DNA from: a virus
Lineage: Duplodnaviria; Caudoviricetes
DNA length: 64,000 bases
Direction: 5' to 3' (one strand)
Virus record (IMG/VR): IMGVR_UViG_3300014208_000023
Location: 160,001-224,000 of that record
Position 1 is the stretch's first letter. Every line of letters begins with the position of its first letter. Below, piece by piece: positions 56,659 through 64,000 of this stretch. Both the position numbers and the translations under genes were made by a program. The notes below the pieces were generated by a model. That model was not told where the DNA came from and made no database searches. It saw nothing but the letters and a program-made list of their open reading frames with translations.

Positions 56659-57387
56659 TTAGAAGGATCGTAAAGTGGGCTCGCCACCCGTATTACTTTC
56701 TTCTAATGCATCTACCTTATGTAGTCTTGGACATTCTGCAGCCTGAGCCATATCTGACTCAAGCATATGATCATAACCGCATTCAGGACATATGTCCCAA
56801 AAACCATCTTCTTGTCTTTTTTCTCTTACTCCTGATTCCGGTCCGTGGTAATTGTCGTCAGTTGGTAGTTTTCCTAATCCAAACCACGACGCCACCTCAT
56901 CACCAAATCCTTGGCCCTTATTATTCATAACGCCAGATTTTGGGCCATCATCAGCCATATTACATTCGCCACAATCACTTTTTGGAGCATTAAATACCCA
57001 GCCAATATTTTCTAAATTATCTATCTGTTTCTCTGGAGTAAGAACTTCGGAGGTTACGTCTTTAATAACATCAATAAGCGTTGATGGTTTCTTCTTGGTA
57101 GTAGATTTAGATTTAGATTTCGTTTTGGTTTTTGATTTTGTTTTAGATTTCTTTTTGGCCTTTTTCTTTGCCTCTTTAACCATTGCAAACTGACCAGAAG
57201 CAATAGTCTCCATAAATTGAGTAATTATTTCTGCTTCTTCTGGCAGATTCATTGACTCGAATATTTCTGCCGAATCAGCCAGAGATTGAAGGGCTACTTC
57301 AATCCCGACCTCTTCGTTTTTAGCCGGTAGCGCTTCTAATACTGAAGCTTCAATTTCATTTGCAGAATGACTTTTTTTGAAAAACAT
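56659..57387 (-). CDS. Hypothetical head-module protein with a Lys/Ser/Thr basic tract and a C-terminal CxxC
   Basis: KKKAKKKSKTKSKTKTKSKSKSTTKKK; CPECGYDH. Confidence 0.6.
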   Translation of the reverse strand: MFFKKSHSANEIEASVLEALPAKNEEVGIEVALQSLADSAEIFESMNLPEEAEIITQFMETIASGQFAMVKEAKKKAKKKSKTKSKTKTKSKSKSTTKKKPSTLIDVIKDVTSEVLTPEKQIDNLENIGWVFNAPKSDCGECNMADDGPKSGVMNNKGQGFGDEVASWFGLGKLPTDDNYHGPESGVREKRQEDGFWDICPECGYDHMLESDMAQAAECPRLHKVDALEESNTGGEPTLRSF

Positions 57388-57395
57388 TTTAAACC

Positions 57396-57875
57396 TTAAT
57401 TACTAGTTAATTTACCTAATTTATGATAGCCATCAAATAAAAGAGCTATAATATAATCTTTATGAACTTCTGTTACCTTACCATCGCCAAGTTTTGGATG
57501 AACTATTAAATCTCCAATATTATATGAGTGGTTTGGATTATATTTTTTGAAATCAGAGACTTTCTCATTACTAACGGCAATCTCCCAAAGCCTTCTGAGG
57601 TCTTGCTTTGGTTTTTGCTCTGGTTCGTCAATTAGATTTTTTTGTGGTGGGTGTGGATTTCTAATGACTTCTGCAACTCTTCGCGCGGCTTGCTCTGCCG
57701 TGTGATGTCGCTCAACTGTTTTTCCTATAACAACGGTATAGCTCATTATTGATCCATCAAGATTTTTATTTTCCCAAATTCTAATTCCTGAATCGTGCTT
57801 AACAGAACGCCCGGATTGTAATTCCTTAACAATCCAGGCGATAGTTTCTTTATCTGAAAGATCAGATGCTGTTAC
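57396..57875 (-). CDS. -1 frame extension of 57872..58432, ending in a Tudor/SH3-like domain
   Basis: Frame is open for 43 codons upstream of ATG 57746, back to the slippery site; C-terminal YNIGDLIVHPKLGDGKVTEV. May also be expressed alone from ATG 57746. Confidence 0.6.
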   Translation of the reverse strand, partial: VTASDLSDKETIAWIVKELQSGRSVKHDSGIRIWENKNLDGSIMSYTVVIGKTVERHHTAEQAARRVAEVIRNPHPPQKNLIDEPEQKPKQDLRRLWEIAVSNEKVSDFKKYNPNHSYNIGDLIVHPKLGDGKVTEVHKDYIIALLFDGYHKLGKLTSN

Positions 57876-57881
57876 TTTTTT
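57852..57881 (-). promoter_or_regulatory. Candidate programmed -1 frameshift signal
   Basis: A AAA AAG (57881-57875) directly before TAA; 7-nt spacer; stem ATCTGA-TCTT-TCAGAT (57867-57852). Confidence 0.6.
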
Positions 57882-58432
57882 TTTGAGGACTTATCGGCTG
57901 GCTTCTTGCCTTTTTTACCCTTTTGAGCGGCGCGCATTTTTTCCATGCGCTCTTTCATTGACATCTTCTTGCCTGGCTTCTTATCTTTCTTTGAGGAGCC
58001 GCTTGAAGAACTTGATGAAGAGCCACTTGAAGAAGAGCTTGATGATCCTGACTTTCCTGAATCTGGGCTTTTCTTTTTCGCAGCAGCCGTCTTTAGAATG
58101 CTATCGGCTAGAACAATCGTGGCCGCAGCTAGTCTATCCATGCCTTGGTCTTCAAGTTCAGTCGAAATCTCTAGAAGAAGTCCGGCGGTGTCTTCAAGAG
58201 AAACTGAAGCTTCTTTCTTTTCTCCTTCTTTTTCATGGCATTCACAGCCACAATCGCCATCACAATCCTCTTCGCATTTACAGTCCGAAGCAAGTTTTTT
58301 CATTTCCTCTTCGACTTCGCTTACTTCCTCCTTGCCTTCTCGTGAGAAGGCAAGTTTTTCCATACTTTTCTGGTGTTCTGCGGATTCGGCAATTTTAACC
58401 ATTTCCGCAGCAATATCAAAGTGATACTTCAT
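57872..58432 (-). CDS. Internal head/core-like protein with repeated K-x-A motifs and a Ser/Lys-rich tail
   Basis: Directly after the protease gene; VKIAE, EKLAF, KKLAS, KKEAS, LKTAA. Confidence 0.6.
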   Translation of the reverse strand: MKYHFDIAAEMVKIAESAEHQKSMEKLAFSREGKEEVSEVEEEMKKLASDCKCEEDCDGDCGCECHEKEGEKKEASVSLEDTAGLLLEISTELEDQGMDRLAAATIVLADSILKTAAAKKKSPDSGKSGSSSSSSSGSSSSSSSGSSKKDKKPGKKMSMKERMEKMRAAQKGKKGKKPADKSSKKK

Positions 58433-58433
58433 A

Positions 58434-61400
58434 TTAGTACTTTCTGCCTGAGAAGGCTAGGTCAAGCTCGGCCTGTAGATCATCACCACCTGAGTGAGAG
58501 TCACCGGTCTCGCGGATTCCGACCTGGGGAACTAGTCCTGCGGTCTTTACGGAGCCGACTGGCATTTTGGCAATTACTCTTTTGTAACTATCAAAACCTT
58601 CGTCGTTCCACTTCATTGATTCATCAACTTGGCGACCGATCGCAGCGCGTTCGTTCGTGATGAGTCCTCTGCGAGCCATTTCATTGGCAAGCTCGTATGA
58701 GCGAGCAAGCTTGATTTTGTAGGTTCCCATTTCCTCTTCAAGCTTGGCCTTTTCAGCCGCCGCCGTTAGAAGCTTAGCAAACTCCGCTCCACCATCAGCT
58801 TGACCGTAGAAGTCACGCCAGTATTTGACAACTTCTGAATCTAGTCCTTCAGCGACCAACTTATCAAGGTCTTCTTTACGGACAGTTCCAGCGACAATCA
58901 TCTTGTTTAGACGCTCGGCCTCTTTCTTAACCTTTGGGGCCGCTCTGGCTACTTCAAGCATACGCTTCTGAACTTCTGGCTTCGTTTCAACTAGGCCTAG
59001 GCTATCAGAAGGCTTGACATCAAGTTGCGTCTGGCCATCGGCAAGCTTGTTAGCATCTGCCATAACTGGATTGAACTTGATTGATTCAGCAGCGACTGAA
59101 TCCGTGATGTGCTCTGCAAGTTTCGTGCGATAAGCCGCGCGGCCTTCTTTTGTCGTTAGATCCATAGCTGCCTTTTCTACTACTTTTGCATTTGGTGGAA
59201 CTGGTTGGCCTGGAGCAAGCTCGACCACTAATCCGCTGGTTCCTCCGTCATTTACCATTCCGAAATCATCAGCATCTTCGTGCTTTGGTGATCTCTGTGT
59301 TTCTGGCTGCATATCTGGAACTGGATTTTTTTCCGTAGCTGGCATGTCTTCATAATCTGAATCGCCATGAAGATCTTGATCTAGATCTGGAAGAATGTCA
59401 TCATCACCAACATCGGTCATGCCTTCATCTAGTGTCTCTGGAGAGAACTCGCCATCTGCCTCAAAGTCATCATCACCCATGTTAAAATCTCCATCTCCAA
59501 CGTTATTTTCGTCTTCATCAGTTGCGTCCTGAGCGCTCTTTAGACGCGCAGTAAGGTTTTCAACGCCACTTGCATATTTGGCGTATGAGCGAAGAACGCC
59601 CTCGGCATCATTAAGTGATAGCTCGGCCTCTTCAAAAGCCGTTCCAATCATTCCTCTGATGCTTGCATTCTTAACTGTCTCTGAATCAGCCATATCGCTG
59701 ATTAGTTTGAGTTCTGAATAGTGAGCCTTTAGCTCGGAAAGTGATTTTTTAGCGGCAGATACTAGCATTCTTTCAAGTTTGCGACGCATCTCGGCAGCTG
59801 GAGTTAGAAGTGCGGCAGTTGCCTGTGGAAGAGCCTTAATGCCCTCTTCAAGCTCGCCCATTTGTGGTCCGGCTCCTCCAATTTCACGAACAGCCTCAAG
59901 AAGCTCGGCGGCACTATCACGAGTTTTCTCGGCCAGTTTTTCTGCAACTTCCTGTGGATCGCCACTACCACCAGCATCAGCTTCCGCATCTGGAGTAGCA
60001 GCAGGAGCCGCGCCCATATCGGCTACTGGAGCAGCAGCGGCTGGAGCTGGAGCAGCTGCTCCTGGCATTTCCTGAGCGCGCTTATATACTGAAGCGGCTT
60101 TCTCAAGACCAACTTCGCGAATCTTCTCTAGCATTTTGCCACCGAATTCTTTGGTAGCAATCATGTCGAATAGCTGGTCTGACTGACCGGCAGAAATTTC
60201 ATTAACTGAAGCGGTGAAAATAAGCTTGTCACCTTTCTCATCCTTCGCGAATACCTGCCAACCTGAATTGGCTAGATCGTCACGGCCATTTGATCCGGCT
60301 TTACGGATGAAACGAGCCTTAAGTGAAGCTCTTGAAAGCTTCTCTTTAATGGCAAGATCATCGCCATAAAGTCCATCAACATCGCCAACGCCTGGAAATG
60401 GTTTTGCCCCAACCATTTGTTTGTCACCTTTTTCACGAACCTGATCGCGAAGAGGGTCTATTTCATACTTAACTTTTCCTGGGGTTGGCTCATTAACGCC
60501 ACCACCACCGAGCCAGTAACCTTTTTTATCAAGGTTTTTCTTGGCGTTTTCAAGGGCTTCTTTACGACGAGCCGAACGCTCGCCTAATGGACGAACTTCG
60601 GACTTAATCTTATCGTCGCCTTCGCCACCATAATCTTTCGTCTGGAGCATTTGCTTGTCTTCTCCATCACGAGCTTTTTCGTTAAGAGGGTCGGCTGGAT
60701 ATTTTACTTTTCCTGGCGTTGGTTCATTAACGCCACCGCCACCTAGGTAGTATCCCTTTTTATCCATTGAGTTGTCCCGATCAGTCATAATATCCTCTTG
60801 TTTTTTGTTAAGGTCTTCCAAAGTCTGTTCCATTGATGATTTCAATATTTTGAGTTCTGTAAATAATGCTTCAATATCGGCATATACCGGAGCAATATTT
60901 TCATTTGATTTTAAATTTTCTTCTTTTGGTAGATCTTTAAGCTCTACCAGATCATTACTGATCTCCGTCAAATTTTGCTGCATTTGAGCAATCTTCTCTT
61001 GAAGATTTGAAGAATACGTGCTATTTTTAATATTTTGAGCGGACGCAAAAATAGTTCTAATGCGAGCACTCGGGTCAGCAGGATTAACTACAATTGACAA
61101 TTCAATTGGCTTGAGCTGACAATTTATTTCACCGTAACCCGTTTTATTTTTCATATGATCACAAAAATCACGCTCCGAACGAGCTACGCGGCCACAAGAA
61201 TCTTCTGCGCAGATTGCTTTTTCAACAATTGTTCCCATGCTTACTGATGTAGAGTATCCAGTTGAGACCTTACGAGCTAGTTCTGGGTATGAAACTTTAT
61301 CTAAAGCACATAGCGCAATTACTCGTTTGCTCTTAAAATCGTAATAAGTATCAAGAATAACACCACGAATAGCATCTACCGAGTTTGATTTATGATCAAC

Positions 61401-61799
61401 ACATAGTGGCTTGCCAATCCATTCCTTATGAGCCTTAACTAATTCTGACTCTGGAAAAATATCTCCATTGTTATTTTTGTATGGCCGAATATTTGAATCG
61501 CTGCATTTCCAACGAAGACTTTCTGGACCATCTCCGCCAACTTCCCAGCTAGCCGTTACTGGCTGTCCATCACGACCTGTTTTTAGGGAGCCATCATCAT
61601 TATAAAGACAAGCCTCCGCGGCCGTCATCATGAATGTGCTGAAATAAGTAAAATCATTTGCTTTTGGAGCTATTTTTTTGAGTTCTCCGGCAAACTTCTC
61701 AAATCTTTTGTTAATATCTTCATTGCTCAATACTGATTCGGCAGACTGAATTGAAGTTGGATTGAGAGCGAATGACTCGCCTTGTTTATGAAAACTCAT
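58434..61799 (-). CDS. Prohead maturation protease fused to a scaffold/core domain
   Basis: KPLCVDH (His), IRGVILD, ELARKV..G....VSMG, ELSIVVNPADPSARI (Ser) match the HK97/assemblin protease fold; long acidic and coiled C-terminal region. Confidence 0.8.
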   Translation of the reverse strand: MSFHKQGESFALNPTSIQSAESVLSNEDINKRFEKFAGELKKIAPKANDFTYFSTFMMTAAEACLYNDDGSLKTGRDGQPVTASWEVGGDGPESLRWKCSDSNIRPYKNNNGDIFPESELVKAHKEWIGKPLCVDHKSNSVDAIRGVILDTYYDFKSKRVIALCALDKVSYPELARKVSTGYSTSVSMGTIVEKAICAEDSCGRVARSERDFCDHMKNKTGYGEINCQLKPIELSIVVNPADPSARIRTIFASAQNIKNSTYSSNLQEKIAQMQQNLTEISNDLVELKDLPKEENLKSNENIAPVYADIEALFTELKILKSSMEQTLEDLNKKQEDIMTDRDNSMDKKGYYLGGGGVNEPTPGKVKYPADPLNEKARDGEDKQMLQTKDYGGEGDDKIKSEVRPLGERSARRKEALENAKKNLDKKGYWLGGGGVNEPTPGKVKYEIDPLRDQVREKGDKQMVGAKPFPGVGDVDGLYGDDLAIKEKLSRASLKARFIRKAGSNGRDDLANSGWQVFAKDEKGDKLIFTASVNEISAGQSDQLFDMIATKEFGGKMLEKIREVGLEKAASVYKRAQEMPGAAAPAPAAAAPVADMGAAPAATPDAEADAGGSGDPQEVAEKLAEKTRDSAAELLEAVREIGGAGPQMGELEEGIKALPQATAALLTPAAEMRRKLERMLVSAAKKSLSELKAHYSELKLISDMADSETVKNASIRGMIGTAFEEAELSLNDAEGVLRSYAKYASGVENLTARLKSAQDATDEDENNVGDGDFNMGDDDFEADGEFSPETLDEGMTDVGDDDILPDLDQDLHGDSDYEDMPATEKNPVPDMQPETQRSPKHEDADDFGMVNDGGTSGLVVELAPGQPVPPNAKVVEKAAMDLTTKEGRAAYRTKLAEHITDSVAAESIKFNPVMADANKLADGQTQLDVKPSDSLGLVETKPEVQKRMLEVARAAPKVKKEAERLNKMIVAGTVRKEDLDKLVAEGLDSEVVKYWRDFYGQADGGAEFAKLLTAAAEKAKLEEEMGTYKIKLARSYELANEMARRGLITNERAAIGRQVDESMKWNDEGFDSYKRVIAKMPVGSVKTAGLVPQVGIRETGDSHSGGDDLQAELDLAFSGRKY

Positions 61800-61961
61800 T
61801 TATGCCTTTGTATCCGCAGACGGTATTTTGCCAACAAGTTTTTCATCTTGAGCCGCTTTTTTAGCTCTTTCAAGGGCTTCCTTGGCAGACTCATCAATAA
61901 CTTCTGGAGCATCGATAACGTGTCTAATTGGTTGTGCGTCTCCGTGCTTTATGAACATCAT
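61800..61961 (-). CDS. Small 52-53 aa protein (below ORF-track cutoff)
   Basis: MMFIKHGDAQPIRHV...DTKA*; GGAG SD; stop abuts the protease ATG. Confidence 0.6.
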   Translation of the reverse strand: MMFIKHGDAQPIRHVIDAPEVIDESAKEALERAKKAAQDEKLVGKIPSADTKA

Positions 61962-61989
61962 TCTCCATTCTTATAGTAAATTATTACTA

Positions 61990-62628
61990 TTAATCAGCCT
62001 TTGAATTGGTTTCTTCGGTTTTTTTATTTCTATCATTAACCATTCTAATAGAATTCGGAATCTTATCTTCAATCTTTTCCTGTAGCTCCTTACTAACAAG
62101 ATCTACCCAGGTGCGATTTAGTATATTGTTCTCAATGTGAGCCATAATACGATCTTCTATTATTTGCTCTAGTTGGGCGGCTTCCTTTTTGATATTATCT
62201 ATTGATTTTATTATGGAGGCGCCGAACTCTTTAGATTTTAATTCTGAAAAAAGCTCTGCAAATCTATTTACTTGCTTCTCTATGTCGCCAATAGATAATA
62301 CGAAAGACTTATTTAGTTTTACAACTTGAGCGTCAGATGAAAAATCGTGCATAATAGCAAAGCACTTAAACGAAATTCTTTTAACTTTATTGAAAATTTC
62401 AATATTGGCATCTCTAAATCTCCAAAGAGCCGCTCTAGCTTTCCACGATTGCTCTGGCGTGATAGCCTCTCCATCTTTAAATGGAATATAGATTAGATCC
62501 AAATGGGTAATGGCCTCTTTTAATGTCTTAAGAAGAAATCCGTAATATGCAAGGGCCTTTTCAGCCTTTTCTTTTTCCTCATCCGTAACAGAGTAGGATA
62601 GCTGGACTGCATATCGTTTAAGGCTCAT
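61990..62628 (-). CDS. Hypothetical alpha-helical protein
   Basis: 212 aa in the head operon. Confidence 0.6.
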   Translation of the reverse strand: MSLKRYAVQLSYSVTDEEKEKAEKALAYYGFLLKTLKEAITHLDLIYIPFKDGEAITPEQSWKARAALWRFRDANIEIFNKVKRISFKCFAIMHDFSSDAQVVKLNKSFVLSIGDIEKQVNRFAELFSELKSKEFGASIIKSIDNIKKEAAQLEQIIEDRIMAHIENNILNRTWVDLVSKELQEKIEDKIPNSIRMVNDRNKKTEETNSKAD

Positions 62629-62654
62629 CGTAGTAATACCAGTTAAATGACATA

Positions 62655-63311
62655 TTATATTGTTGTTGAGCCGCCACCAACTACGCTTGGCCCAAAACCA
62701 CCCAAAGGATCTCTTTCTCCATCGTTTAAAGATGTGCTAGTTTCTGGAAATTCTCTAACATTCCTATCTCCATATGGAGACCAAGATAAATTTTCTGATG
62801 GAGCTCCAAAATAATCATCATAGCTTTGTCTTGACCCATCTACTATATCGGAAGCTGAATTAACATCGTCATTTTTATCGGAATTTATAATGAAAGATTT
62901 ATAAATATCTACTACTTTCGGATCTAATCCTTCACCAAAGCCAAAAGTTTTAGCCTCTTTAATTGCCTCTTCCGCCGTCCAATCTTCATTTTCACATCTA
63001 TACATTGCTATAGCCAAGCCTGTTCGATCTTTACCATGCAAACAGTGAATTAACGTTTTTTTAGGAGCATCAAATAGATTTCCTATTTTTGCTAAAAAAG
63101 TTATTAGAGTAGTGTTTTTACCAATATCTATTGGAAGCATAATATGCTCAATATCTAATAGCTTGCATGAAAGCGCTATTTTTTTACCAGCAGAAGCATC
63201 TAGCGATATTATTCTTTTAATTCCAACTTTTTTATTTAGCCAAATAACATCCTCAGGCGTCGGAGCTGAAGATCTATATAATTTTTCAGATACTTTTCTA
63301 AAATTATACAT
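62655..63311 (-). CDS. Protein tyrosine / dual-specificity phosphatase superfamily protein
   Basis: NFRKVSEKLYRSSAP, P-loop IHCLHGKDRTG (HCxxGxxR). Confidence 0.88.
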   Translation of the reverse strand: MYNFRKVSEKLYRSSAPTPEDVIWLNKKVGIKRIISLDASAGKKIALSCKLLDIEHIMLPIDIGKNTTLITFLAKIGNLFDAPKKTLIHCLHGKDRTGLAIAMYRCENEDWTAEEAIKEAKTFGFGEGLDPKVVDIYKSFIINSDKNDDVNSASDIVDGSRQSYDDYFGAPSENLSWSPYGDRNVREFPETSTSLNDGERDPLGGFGPSVVGGGSTTI

Positions 63312-63994
63312 TAAAGATTCTTTACTATAGAGTTTAGCACATTTCTAATATATTGCGGGTTGTGCTCCAAAAGTATATTCTTTAGAATGGTTATCGCTTG
63401 CCCCATAGAAGAATGGGTTGGCGTTTTCTTGTCGCTAACCTCATATTCATTTATCATATAGATTTTTTTTCTAATTGATTGAATAGCCGCTGACCGTTTG
63501 GCATCAGGAATACGACGAAGAAGAAATTTTACAAGATCGCTCAATCTTTTCCCTGCAAATTCGGAATCACCCATTTCGATTGCGTTAGCATTTTTTTTAA
63601 AGTGTTTTATTGATGATATTGCAATTTCAAGAGCGTCGTTTTCTGGCTCATCATCACCCTCTAAATATAAACGATCAAAATTTTCCTTAAACAGTTTTTG
63701 AAATTTTTCAACAGTTTCTTTTTCAAACTCTTTATTTAAAAGTCTTATAATTGATGAATAGCTTAAAGAAGGATTATTTGTTTCGGCCTTTTTATGCTTA
63801 AAGAACTCTATTTGCCGCAGCCTTTTTACGGCTTTAGTTTTGGAATCATATTCTCCAAGAGGCTTTCCTTTTTTTGAAACAACTTCCCATTTACCTTTTC
63901 TATTTTTTCTAACGAAGGCAAATTTATCCATACTTGAAAAGTTATAAAACTGATCGGCATAGATTTCTAATTTGTTCGTAGAAATACGAGACAT
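63311..63994 (-). CDS. Hypothetical head-module protein
   Basis: FVRKNRKGKWEVVSKKGKPLGEYDSKTKAVKRLRQIEFFK basic domain; DKFAF, HKKAE, KKNAN motifs. Confidence 0.6.
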   Translation of the reverse strand: MSRISTNKLEIYADQFYNFSSMDKFAFVRKNRKGKWEVVSKKGKPLGEYDSKTKAVKRLRQIEFFKHKKAETNNPSLSYSSIIRLLNKEFEKETVEKFQKLFKENFDRLYLEGDDEPENDALEIAISSIKHFKKNANAIEMGDSEFAGKRLSDLVKFLLRRIPDAKRSAAIQSIRKKIYMINEYEVSDKKTPTHSSMGQAITILKNILLEHNPQYIRNVLNSIVKNL

Positions 63995-64000
63995 TACAAT

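Noticed and set aside
57883-58424. Two long + strand ORFs (171 and 159 aa)
   Set aside because: Antisense to a low-complexity Lys/Ser/Glu gene; no SD or recognisable motif.
1-64000. Stop-codon reassignment as in some jumbo phages
   Set aside because: Genes are full-length under code 11 and TAA, TAG and TGA all end well-formed genes.
1-64000. Eukaryotic giant virus, or a tailocin/eCIS locus
   Set aside because: Collagen and sugar genes are mimivirus-like in theme, but sheath, tube, frameshifted chaperone, HK97-type capsid, prohead protease, SD sites and intrinsic terminators indicate a complete tailed bacteriophage.

Overview
This window is the virion-morphogenesis region of a large, AT-rich, contractile-tailed (myovirus-type, probably jumbo) bacteriophage. 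It uses the standard genetic code, and almost all genes are on the minus strand. Reading from the right: a head module (PTP/DSP phosphatase, protease-scaffold fusion, two paralogous decoration-like proteins, and several internal/ejection-like proteins sharing a K-x-A motif). Next is a ~17 kb glycosylation island (GT4s, a pyruvyltransferase, a GT2-TPR-GT4 protein, O- and C-methyltransferases, RmlB, a cupin and a ketoreductase) wrapped around a 1005-aa Thr/Ser-rich collagen fibre gene. An isolated, inverted HK97-fold major capsid gene follows, then neck, tailspike/fibre, sheath, tube, chaperone, tape-measure and baseplate genes. Signals missing from the ORF track include two -1 frameshift sites (tail chaperone, and an unexpected one in a head gene), a recurring 13-nt promoter-like motif (AATAWWNNNRYAT), a decayed homing endonuclease, two small ORFs and a >1055-aa ORF running off the left edge. 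No tRNA, rRNA or CRISPR array was seen. All functional calls come from motif recognition by eye; no database searches were run.
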